In this document: positions 17,499-28,800 of the stretch, piece by piece | Position numbering within the stretch: position 1 is the first letter of the stretch | Layout of the letters: each line of letters starts with the position of its first letter | Source: the human T2T-CHM13v2.0 reference genome, Homo sapiens | Direction: 5' to 3' (one strand) | Assembly: GCF_009914755.1 (NCBI RefSeq) | Contig: NC_060929.1 | DNA: 64,000 nt | Made by a program: the position numbers and the translations under genes | The notes under the pieces: generated by a model | Told to the model about the DNA's origin: nothing | Database searches by the model: none | What the model saw: the letters and a program-made list of their open reading frames with translations, nothing else

Positions 17499-18719
17499 TG
17501 AACTTATCTACCTTCGATCTTTGAGGCTGCTGACCTTTGCATAGGGTTTTTGTGGGGTCTTTTTGTTGATGTTGTTGTTGCTTTCTGTTTGTTTGTTTTC
17601 CTTTTAACAGTCAGGCCCCTCTTCTCTAGGGCTGCTGTAGTTTACTGGGGGTCTGCTCCAGACCCTATTCACCTGGGTCCCTCCTGCACTTGGAGGTGTC
17701 ACCAGTGGAGGCTACAGAACAGAAAGATGGCTGCCTGCTCTTTCCTCTGGGAGCTTTGTTGCAGAGGGACAACAATTTGATGTTAGTGGGAATGGTCCTG
17801 TATAAGGTGTCTGGTGACCCCTGTTGGGGGGTTCTCACACAGTTAGGAGGTATGGGATCAGGGACTTGCTTAACAAATAATTCTGGCTGCCCCTTAGCTG
17901 AGCAGTGTGCTGTGCCAGAGGGAATCCCCCTCATCTGGACTGCCTGGACTCTTCAGGGCTAGCAGACAAGAGAGGTTAAGTCTGATGAACCATGGAGATC
18001 ATGGCTGCATTTCCTGCCATGGGCTCCATCTCAGGGAGATTAGAGTTCTGTCTGCAAACCCTGGCTGGAGTTATTGAAATTCCCACAGGGAGGCTTCACC
18101 CAGTGAGAAGGAATGGATCTGAGTCCCACCTAAACAAGAAGTCTGGCCATGATCTGCACACAGCCGCTGTGCTGCCCTGTGGAGAATTCCTCTTGGTCCA
18201 AACCACCCAGTCTCTCTGGCACCAGCAGGGGAAAACAACAGACTGGAGCCACAGTGATGGCTGTTCCCCTCCCCTTGGGAGGGAGTATTTGGCAGTCATC
18301 TTAGGCAGTCCCAATCATCTTATGCAGTATCCAGCCTGCAGCTGCTGGCTGCAACCTGAGCGGCCATCAAGCATCTGCACAGCTCTGTGCTTGGGAACCT
18401 AGGCCCTGGTGGCATGGGCTCACGAAGAGATCTCCTGATCTGAAGGTTGCACAGATCTGTGGAGAAAGTGTTGTTTCCCAGGTAGGGTAGCACAATCACT
18501 CACTTTCTCCCTTGGCTGAGGGTGGTAATTCCTCTTGTCCTGTGTGGCTCCTAGGTGAGCTGTCACTCCACTTTGCTTTTCCTCTCTCTTCATGGGTCAC
18601 ACCAACTGCCTAGTCAGTCCCAGTGAGAGAACCTGGCTACCTCAGCTGAAGGTGCAGGATTCACTTGCTGGTTTTCTTCTTTTTGGTGGGAGCCACTGAC
18701 AGATAGCTACTTCCAGTCA

Positions 18720-18728
18720 GCCATCTTG
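18720..18728 (-). promoter_or_regulatory. YY1 site of the L1 5' UTR promoter
   Basis: CAAGATGGC about 13 nt inside the L1 5' end, the canonical L1 YY1 position. Confidence 0.7.
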
Positions 18729-18740
18729 GTGCCTCCTCCC

Positions 18741-18916
18741 AGCATCTTTATTCATGAGGCACACAACATTTTGTGGAGTTAACTAGAAGCTTCCAATTTT
18801 TCTGGGTGCATCCAGCATAATCCCTATCACAAGAATTCATAGGCCACAGTCTTTATAAAATGGGGTGCTTCATTCCTCTCATACTTGCATGTTAATGATA
18901 TTGCAGCCTCAGCATC
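18741..18916 (-). other. Putative 5'-transduced unique sequence (source-locus flank, second exon)
   Basis: Not L1-like; abuts the L1 5' end; ends ATGAATAAAGATGCT on the minus strand. Confidence 0.6.
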
Positions 18917-19016
18917 AGTTCAGCATGACTGGGGAGGCCTCAGAAAATTTGCTATCATGGCAGAAGGTGAAGCGGAAGCAAATCACCTTCTTCAGAAGGC
19001 AGCAGGTAGGAGAAGT
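18917..19016 (-). mobile_element. THE1 (THE1C/D-like) LTR fragment from about the TSS to the splice donor
   Basis: Minus strand ACTTCTCCTACCTGCTGCCTTCTGAAGAAGG...TGAGGCCTCCCCAGTCATGCTGAACT; no U3 and no U5. Confidence 0.85.
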
Positions 19017-20065
19017 CCACTATTGAAGAAAATAAGATTCTTCCCTTTTCTCTTTCTGCTCCTTCTGAGACTACCACCATGTGTATATCAGTTCACATCA
19101 TGGTTTCCCATAAGTCCCTAGAGCTTTCTTCACTTTTTAAAATTATATTTTCTGTTTGTTCCTCAGACTAGATAACTTTAAATGGCTTGTTTTAAAGTTT
19201 GCTTATACTTTTGCTTGATCTAGTCAACCGTTGAACCTTTTTAGGAAATTTTTTATCACAGTTATTGGACTCTTCATTTCCAATTTTTTGTTTGATTTTT
19301 AAAACAATATATATTTTCTATCTTTTTGTTGAAATACTCCTTTTTTATGTATTGTTTCCTTAAACTTGTTGAGCATTTTTATGATGGTTATTTTGAACTC
19401 TTTGTTAGGTAATTCATATACCTCTGTTTCTTTAGCATGGCTTTCTGAAGATTTACTTATATTTGTTTGCTCCATATTTTCCTGTTTCTTTGTGCTTGAC
19501 ATTTTGTGTTGGTGTCTAAACATTTGAAAAAACAGCCACTTCTTCCAATGTTTATAGATTGGCTTCCTACAGGAGACCATCTCCACCAGTCAACCCAGCT
19601 AAAGATTTTAGGGATCTCTCAAACTTTTTTTGTGGATGTGACTTCTCTAGATGTGTGCATGTAAATTTCTATTTAAAGGGGTTCTCCAGCTTCTGTTTCA
19701 GGAGTTTATTATATCTTGCTTCCTCTGATGTCTGTTTACTGTACTGTATGTCCTCTGGAGCAGCAACACACCATCCAACTATTTTTATTTTTTGTTCACA
19801 GTATGCTGTGTTCCATCAGTGCTCCAAGACAGGAGAGACAGAAATCAGTCCTCAGGCAGCTCCCAAAAATGTCTGAATGTTAGATCTATGTTTAGTCTTC
19901 TCTTTCTCTCTCTAGGCAGAAGCTGTATGCTATGGATTTTTCTGATCATTTCATGCTGAGCTCAGGGGAGGGACTCTAAAGTGAGTGCATACAAGTCCAA
20001 ACTGTTACCATTGTTGTCAACTGCCCCCAGGCATGCTGAGTGTGCTGAGTCCCTACAGTGTTCCT
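19017..20065 (-). mobile_element. Old L1MA resumes (5' ORF1 and 5' UTR remnant)
   Basis: ORF1 N-terminal peptide EVYELPNKEFKITIIKMLNK (19299-19586); L1M motif TCCCATAAGTCCCTAGAGCTTTCTTCACT. Confidence 0.75.
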
Positions 20066-20109
20066 TTGCGAGAAGAAGAAGAGTGAAAAGATGAAGGTTG
20101 GAAGTCTGA

Positions 20110-20310
20110 ACAGGCTCATGTCAGATGAGTCTTCCTTTATAATGGCAATTCCTTCTTAAATTGCATTGGCCATGGATAGGAACATAGCTAGCCTCAATTG
20201 TGTTAGTCTGGAGGTGCAGCATTTTTAACATAGCACATTTCCCCCCACCCCCTGCAAGATTAGGATTTTATCAAGAAGAGAGAACGGATTCTAGGTGAGC
20301 AATCAGCCAA
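20110..20310 (-). mobile_element. Old MaLR (MLT1) LTR fragment
   Basis: Weak similarity: CATTGGCCA...GGATTCTAGGTGAGCAATCAGC. Confidence 0.35.
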
Positions 20311-20339
20311 GATTTATCAGAGCTTTATATTTCTCAGCA

Positions 20340-20495
20340 AAGCACTTAGTTTTGCTGAGATTCAGTTTCTTCATACTTGAAATGGGAAAAATAAAGTGTC
20401 TCATGGGGTTGTTGTGAGGACATAAGGCATGTATGTAAAGCAATCAGCACAATGCCTAACATATAATAAGCATTCAAGAAATTTCAGCTATTACA
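20340..20495 (+). mobile_element. MIR SINE
   Basis: TCAGTTTCTTCATACTTGAAATGGG...GGTTGTTGTGAGGA...AGCACAATGCCTAACATATAATAAGCATTCAA. Confidence 0.8.
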
Positions 20496-21255
20496 TATTA
20501 AAATGCTTATAAACATAATAATCTATCATATGATTGTACCTCAATTTCATTGGCAACGCTAATTGAATTTTTGGTTATTGTAAATTTCTTATAAATAATA
20601 ATAAATACTTGTATTTTTATTTAAGCTTATGCTGCTGGGAATAATTCGTGTGTATATTTTTCTTCAGTTTGTGTTATATTCTTAAAAATTCATAGGAATT
20701 AAAGTAATGGATCAAGGTGCTTCAACATTTTAAAAATACTCAATTCATCTTGATGGCTTGCTCTTCAAAATGCACTTTTTACACAATTCATTTCCACAGC
20801 AGTTCCCATTTCTTCATTCTAAACTTTACCTCATTGAGTATAGTCATTAGAAATGAAATTGCTAATATGATGGGTGATATGGAAGACTATTACCTACTCA
20901 TCAAAGCCCAGACTCTCTTCTTCTTCATGGGAATACTGCTTATGTATATTCCTCATCTGCCCTTGCAGATAGGTATGTTCGTGTCACTGAGTTTTAGTCA
21001 GTAGAATATGAGTAGACATGATGTACACCATTTCCAGGTTCCCAAAATTCTCTCACATATATCTCTCCATATTCTTCTTCTCTTTTGGCTAGCTTGGATG
21101 GGAACAATGATGATGACTTTGGAAACTGCATCTTGAACAAGGCAAACGTCCTTCAGCTGGTCCCTGGTCCCCTGAGGTCTCCTTCACCTGAATCCTGCTT
21201 CTCTGCCTTTTCATGAAAGAATATTATATGAGCAAGAAATAAACTTCTATTGAAT

Positions 21256-21986
21256 TAGCTTCTAATTTGAGGCCCATAGATCTCCAAGGGGTCTGTAGAT
21301 TGAATTCAAGGGGTCTGTGAACTTGGAATGGGAAAAATATGATTTTTACTAATGTCTTTCTTACCTCAATTTAGCATTTTCTTTTGTTATGAGTATAAAC
21401 AACAAACCAGTCGCATTAGCAGTACCTATGAAAAGTATTTTTGTATCACATTACAATTGTAACAAATATCTGAAATTTAATTCATACTCATCAAGATTTT
21501 AAAAATATAGTAGTAATGAACCTGCTGGTATATTTTATTTGATGTTTTAATAAATAAGCATCTTTATTATTATATCATAAATTATTTTAATACTTTAGCA
21601 CTGCATTTCAATGTAATTAGTTTCTTTTGAAACTTTAAAAATTTTCTTTCATGTATTTAAAAACACTATTTTGATGATGTGTACACATGGGCATAGAGAG
21701 TAAAATAATAAAGGTTGGAGACTCAGAAAAGTGGGAGAGTGGCAGGGGGATGATGGATGAGAAATTACCAGGTACAATGTATATTATTTGGGTTATATTA
21801 CACTAAAAACCCAGGCTTTACCACCACACAATATATCCATGTAACAAAACTGCACTTGTACCCCTTAAATCTATAAAAATAAAAAATATATAAAATACAA
21901 AGAAATAAAAAATTATTTTGAGAAGGGATTCTAAGCTTCACCAGACTGCTAACATGGCCCTGGTATAAAAAGTTTACAAATGCTTG
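21256..21986. mobile_element. hAT-Charlie DNA transposon (Charlie4a-like)
   Basis: GGGGTCTGTGAACTTGGAATGGGAAAAA...GAGAAGGGATTCTAAGCTTCACCAGACTGC. Confidence 0.75.
21675..21908 (+). mobile_element. 5'-truncated L1MA 3' end inside the Charlie element
   Basis: ATATATCCATGTAACAAAACTGCACTTGTACCCC plus A tail; approximate TSD AAAA..TATTTTGA. Confidence 0.85.
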
Positions 21987-22039
21987 TTTCTATTATATTT
22001 GAGCCATTTTACAATTTGGGATATTTTTGTTATATCTTT

Positions 22040-22690
22040 TAACATCACCCTAATTTATAGAAGTAATGAATGTTATTGCTGGGGATTTGAGTGTTGGTCA
22101 TTACATATACATGAATTTATACACAAATCCTGCGAGGATATAATATTTATTGCAAATGTTTTTACCAGTCATTCTTTGTCGTAATTTGTATAAGACAAAT
22201 TAAGTTTGATGTATAATATTCAACTGTGTTGATATGGTCAAATCTATGAATCTCACTTATGTGATTTTCATATTGCTTTCCCACTTAAAAAATTCTTTCC
22301 CAACCAAAAATCAGTTGCAAGGTGTTAAAACCATTCACCTAGGTGTCATTGTGCAGCTGCACACGACTTGGGCAACCATATCTAGCATTCCCAATTTGTT
22401 AAATACTTACCTATACATTTTATTTGCATTTAATTATTTCATCTACTTGGAATATATTTCAATCCCTGTTGTGAGATGAATAAAAATGATGGATATTCTT
22501 TCTAACACCATTTTTTGAATAATTTAACTCTTACACCTCTATTTCTTTTGGGGCATATAAAAGTTTTTTAATATATTTGGGACTGCTTTTGAACTGTTCC
22601 ATGATGTGTACTAGTACCACATTTTTAAAGTTATTGTTAATCTTATAATATTGTTTAATATATGACAGGGTAAGTTTCCTTTCATTAGTA
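22040..22690 (-). mobile_element. Highly decayed L1M fragments
   Basis: Weak antisense ORF2 motifs, e.g. TAGTACCACATTTTTAAAGTTATTG...TTATAATATTGTTTAATAT. Confidence 0.45.
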
Positions 22691-22909
22691 CCAATTTTTG
22701 GTGTCTTTGATAGTCATAAAAAAAGTATTATTCCAAAAAATTGCAGAACGTGCTCTTGGCAGAATGGAACTTTGTTTGACAGTTGCAGGAAAAACCTGTA
22801 TTTCCAAACAAAGAATGACTGCAAGATTTCTCTGTATATTTGGCCCCAAAGAAAATATTTTATGTTTCACCCACAAATTTATGAGTGACTTCACTTCAGC
22901 TTTCTCACT

Positions 22910-23160
22910 TAGGCGTTATGTGTGGTGAGAAGAGCTCTGGAAAAAAAGTCAGAAATCCTCAACTTGAAACCAACTTTAATTCTTTGCAGGTGTCTAACCT
23001 GAGACTGGTTGCTTATTGTCTTAGAGTTTTTGTTTCCTTAAGGGTAAAATATGAGTATAATTTCTATTCTACCTTTCACACAGGGCTGCTGTAAAGAATG
23101 AGATAATATATTTGAAATCTCTTTTAAAACTACTTAGCATTATAGGTAACAAATTAACAT
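22910..23160 (+). mobile_element. MIR SINE
   Basis: CTACCTTTCACACAGGGCTGCTGTAAAGAATGAGATAATATATTTGAAA. Confidence 0.65.
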
Positions 23161-23634
23161 TTAATTAAAAAGTTACTGTTGTACTTGAGCCAGAGATGTA
23201 TTTACTCTTGTCTACATCCACATTGCCACATTCTGTAGAGCAGAACTTGATTTAAAACAGATGTGTCTTGGATATTATCCAAGAAGGTGTAGTTTTACTG
23301 GAGAAGCCAAAAAGATCTCATTATAAGTTAGTCTCATGACATGGACTCTGAGGATGGTATTAGACACTGGTTACAATTTATGTACCTTCCAGTGTGCGAA
23401 TGGGATAAATGGGGAACAAAATTAATAACCTGGTCTGATATGACCCAAAGTTAAAACTAGGGGATGAAAGCTAGGAGGATGTTATACAAAGAAAATAAGA
23501 GCCTGGTTTTAGTTGTATAAAAGAAGAATCTTTGGAACAGGAATTAAGATTCTAAATGGTTAAGAGTTGTCAAATTTATATATGTCAAATCCATATTTGC
23601 AAAGAGTTTTAGTATAAGGTAGAACACAGTTGTT

Positions 23635-23709
23635 TTATATATATATATATATGTGTATATATATATATGTGTGTATATATATATATATGTATATATATAT
23701 GTGTGTGTG

Positions 23710-23741
<32 letters not shown>

Positions 23742-23742
23742 T
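23635..23742. repeat. Compound (TA)n/(TG)n microsatellite
   Basis: About 108 bp of alternating purine-pyrimidine sequence. Confidence 0.97.
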
Positions 23743-24249
23743 GGTAACATTTAATGAAAAGTTACATTTTATTTCCTTGCAAAACAAACACATTCCTGGA
23801 AGACAGTGTATAGCACACTATGCCTTCTAAAATTATGTGTACAAATTGTGATTGATATGTTTCTACTCTGAAATTACCATTATGTGTGTATAGTATAGAT
23901 AGTATAGTCTGTGCTGCTGTTCTGGAGAGAATTACTGCAAGCATCAGCAGGAGGAGTGCATTTTCTTACAAAACGCCCAGTACTATAAATGTGTTTACCT
24001 AAACAAAGTGTATTTTTTTTAAACAGACTCCATGTTCAGTCTTCTGTTGTTCTTTTGAAAATAAGTAATGTCTTTACCACTTAGCTGGGAAAGTGGTGAA
24101 GGAACTAGTATTTTATGGACTCTAACTACGTGTCGCCCACACGCAGCAGTATGTTACAATCATAGCATGAAATGCTTCTATTCATAATAGCTTTGCAAGT
24201 TGATTTATAAGTTTACCATTGTTAACTTGATAAGGCAGAAAAAGTATCC

Positions 24250-24796
<547 letters not shown>

Positions 24797-25279
24797 TAAC
24801 TGTTCATAATTATTATTAAGACTCCAAAACTTCTCTTGGTGACAACAAAATTTTCCCACTAAAATGACTTTTCACAAATATTTTTTCTTACTAAAATTTC
24901 TGCTACAACTATTAAATTTCTAATTGATTCTGATTACTAACTGAATCTATTTAATGTGTACAGCATCATAAACAGATAGGAATTCAGTCCTGCTTCATGT
25001 TAAATTTCTAAATTGCTATCTTAATGCCATGGACTGAGTGAAACTGGCTAACTCAACTGTCTTCCAGAAAAAAAAAACAAACAAAAAATTCTTCTTAGCC
25101 TGACTGATTTAACATTAAAAAAAAAAACTATTTTAAAATAATACATACATGCAGCATGAAGTGAACAGCTAGAGTTTAATATATTTGCAAAAATAATTGA
25201 ATTGTAGCTCTTTAATTTCTCCAACAAAAAATTTCTCAAAGCATTGTAATTGTTAAAGAGAAGACTAAAATTCTTTCAA

Positions 25280-25850
25280 ATTCAATCCACTGGCTTCCAA
25301 CTCACTGGGAGAAAGACTGACATTTTGGAATGGCCCACAAGGTACCAAAAAATCTGCCTCCCTTGGTGTTTTTCCTGCAACATTCACACCTTTACCTCTA
25401 ACACCTTGCTTTCTCCTATCAGCACTAATTCTAGCTACACTAGTTTTTTCACCAAGACCAGAAGCCTCCTGTCTGCATCTGTCTTTTCCTGTGCCTATTC
25501 CAGGATCTTCTCTGAGATATCCTGATGACTTCCTTGCTCACTCCATTTGGAAATTTACTTAAATGTGACTATTTTGGCAAGGTCTATTTTGCTCCTCCAC
25601 ATAACTAACTTCCCCTTTTTCCAATGCCCTCTGTCTCCCTTGCCTATTTAATTTTCCTCTACAATACTTATCAACTATCTTATATACTTTGTATTTTACT
25701 CATTTATTTTCTTTATTATCTGTGTCCTCTGTAACAGAATATAAGCTGTATGATAGCAAAGATTTCCATTTTGTTCATAGCTCTATCTCCAGTGCCTAGA
25801 ATAGTTCCTGGGACATAATAGACACTTGTGAAATCTTGACCAAATGAATA
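25280..25850 (+). mobile_element. L2 (L2a-like) 3' end
   Basis: AGAATATAAGCTGTATGATAGCAAAGA...TTTGTTCATAGCTCTATCTCCAGTGCCTAGAATAGTTCCTGGGACATAATAGACACT. Confidence 0.8.
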
Positions 25851-28800
25851 CTTTCTTTCTTCACCTTTTAATTGGTGACTCCAAATATGAAAAATAAATG
25901 GACATGTACCTCTTTGGGATGGTAGACACTTAGATGTCTACTGTCAGTCCAAGAACAAGAAAGAACTCTAGGAGCTTAATTTATTTAAGAGGACATTCAT
26001 ACATAATGTTATACAACTGGAGGGAATGAAAAATGTGAAAAATGTAATGCTGATAGGAGAGACTGAGCTTAGGGGTACTGGAATCTTCAAGTGCAATGGA
26101 GACAACTAATTGAGTCATACAATAAATTATCGAAAGAAGTACGTAATAGAGATCTTCTATACCAAAATAAAATAGTGTTAAACTATGGAATAAGATATGT
26201 TAAAACTGTAAGTAAAACAGGTATTGATGCATGTTTGTCTTGATTGTTATGTTGCATTATTTGGAATGAATTTTTTTTTAATTTTGTGGCCCTTACTACT
26301 GGTGTGACAATTTCTAGTTGCATATCCAACAAAATTACCACTACTAGATTTTTGCAGATCTGCTAGCAATATTTGTTTATTTTGTCTTACATCTGCGTGA
26401 TTTTTTAAAGCTCTATCCCAATGCCATACAGCACGACCAGATTGATAGGTCAATCCCTTCTTTAACTTTGAGAATGCTACTAGACATCGTTTTCAATCCT
26501 GATAATTGGTACAAACAGTACTGTGGACAAAGGAAAAGTGAAATGGAATTTGCTCAATTGTTGTGAAGCATGCAACATAGCATCTTATTAATGCGATAAA
26601 AGCCTAATAAAAGCCTCGGCACCCATCAGCTGGGCTGTAATGAGCACAGAAAAATTTCTTCTATAAAACAAGGATAAGGCTTATCTTTACTAACCAGTAA
26701 AAAAATACTGGAAAAGATGATGTTAAAGTGATCTATGAACTTCTTGGATTATGAAGCCTTTCATCTCATGTAAAAAGCATGTGAGTAGCTCTTTGGAATA
26801 GTGAGGGGCAGAGCTTGTAACATCATCTCTCAGAGAAGTAAAGCTGTTTGCTTCTCATACAGACTTGTGATGACAGAGACTTGCATTTTGTTGCTTTTAT
26901 TATTTCGTCAATGTTGACTGTCTTTTTCATGGAAACAATTGCTAAAAATATTCCGTTTCATCATTTAGATTCTTATGACTTGCTGAGAATGCTTTTCAGA
27001 AGGATGTTTAAATCATTAATTACAATAAACATTGGCTTTGTAACCTTATCTAAGAACTACAACTCCAATATTTCCAAATGTTATTTTTAATAACACAGAT
27101 TGTCTAAAAGCATAGTTAATCAAATTCAAAGAGTTGTCTCACATTCGTGCCTCTCATCTACCTCATTCCATGACAGCAGAAAGAAATTGACTTTTTATTT
27201 AAAATTTCTTGGTTTTCTAAGTCATTACTTTCATTAAATTGCCTTCATAATATAAGACTAACAGCTTTTTGATAAACAGAGGTCAAAAACATGACTTTTA
27301 TTTTTAAAAAATTAATATATATCCTAATTTTGGCTGCATTTGAAGAAAGCACAAACACAAAATAACTCGCGGGTATCCTGGCCAATATGTTTCAACTGCA
27401 ACTTAACTTTCTTTTTATGTACACAACTGGAAACAAGTAGGTGAAATTTTTTAAAAAGCCAAAGAATGAGAGCCAATGGTCTCTCCCTTGGTATATCTGC
27501 TCAATGTGCAAAGGGATCAGAATTTATTCATGGGAAACTGCTGTCTCATTTTTCTCTGGTGTCATAAGATATCCTTGCTTGTAAGGACATTCTAGAAACC
27601 TGTAGATAATCTTATTTGAAGCTTTCTAGTCTACAATCAAGTTCCAAGAATCAGTGTCCATATTTACTGTGTCATTTGTCTACAGGTTTTTATGTAGACA
27701 ATACAGGAAATTTACAATACAGGAAAGCCCATTGCTTTCTTATGGTCATATACTACTTTTAATTTTTCAAAGTGCTTTCAAAACAAAAGTGAAAAATAAG
27801 TGTATTCCCTGTGAGGGTGACATTGCCATATATGTCCAGCTTAGATATTAAGAATGTTAACGTAAAAAATAATGCCAAATAATTTTTAAGTGTTCAAAAT
27901 TTGTTGAACATTATCAGGTAAACATGACATAATTGGTGAATCGTATTTTCATGTGAGGCTCAGCCACTTATAACATAAGTATCACTATCCATGAATGTGC
28001 CATGAGGCTTCTCAGCCACTTATTCAAATGCAACTTAAAGGGAAATGGAAACCTTCTACTCAAATATTTAGATTCTAAAGGAAAATGTATTTCTAGATTT
28101 AAATGATTTTTCCATTTTTATTTATTTCTTCTATTTCTTTGTAATATAATTGTTCTTACCAAGTATTTATCAACAAGTTATGCCTTTTATTAAAAAAATT
28201 CTTAAATTTTTATTTTAACTGGTCGACAATCATCTACCTGATGAAGAATACTGTAAATGGAATAATGCAATAACTCCCATAAATATGTATCTTGTTTATC
28301 TTAGTGATATACAAAATATTTTCTAAAGCTGTATCTACAAAGTCAACATGAACAGAGGTGAAACATGGGAATAATTCATGACATGATATGTCAATATATT
28401 TAAATAAATTTATTTCTTGTGTGATTTTTCTCTCACTTGTGAAGACATAAACAAGTAAAGTGCTTGATGGTCTAATATAATTTATCATAAAAATTAATTC
28501 TGTGTGAATACAATGAAATTTCTTGTTAAATTACCTTTGCTGAGATATTAAGGTTTTGTTTTGCCTTATCAGGTCATTTGCCTTTACAGAATTATTTTTG
28601 GGCTTTTTAGATCAGTTTATAAAACTGAAGAATACAATTATAAAATGACATGTTTAAGGCCATGGATAAGAACAGTAAATTATTATCAATAATTATTATA
28701 ATAGCTACTTCTTATATTTGGATTTATATAGTATGCATCTTCATCTAACTACTAGATAAATTTAATGCTAATTCCATGCAGATGGACCACATAATCCAAT

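Larger units (their letters stand above)
20875..22037 (+). mobile_element. MLT1I/J-like LTR split by a hAT transposon (pieces ~20875-21255 and ~21987-22037)
   Basis: CCCTTGCAGATAGGTATG...GAGCAAGAAATAAACTTCTATTG, resuming GAGCCATT...TTTGGGATATTTTTGTTA. Confidence 0.65.

Noticed and set aside
18741-18916. GATGCTG at both ends of the transduced segment read as a TSD of a separate insertion
   Set aside because: One copy overlaps the L1's first base and the other the THE1 donor junction, with no poly(A) or terminal repeats between them. The splice model explains the structure better, although template switching is not excluded.
23544-23830. YIYI-repeat ORFs (also 16886-17236)
   Set aside because: Translation of (TA)n microsatellites.
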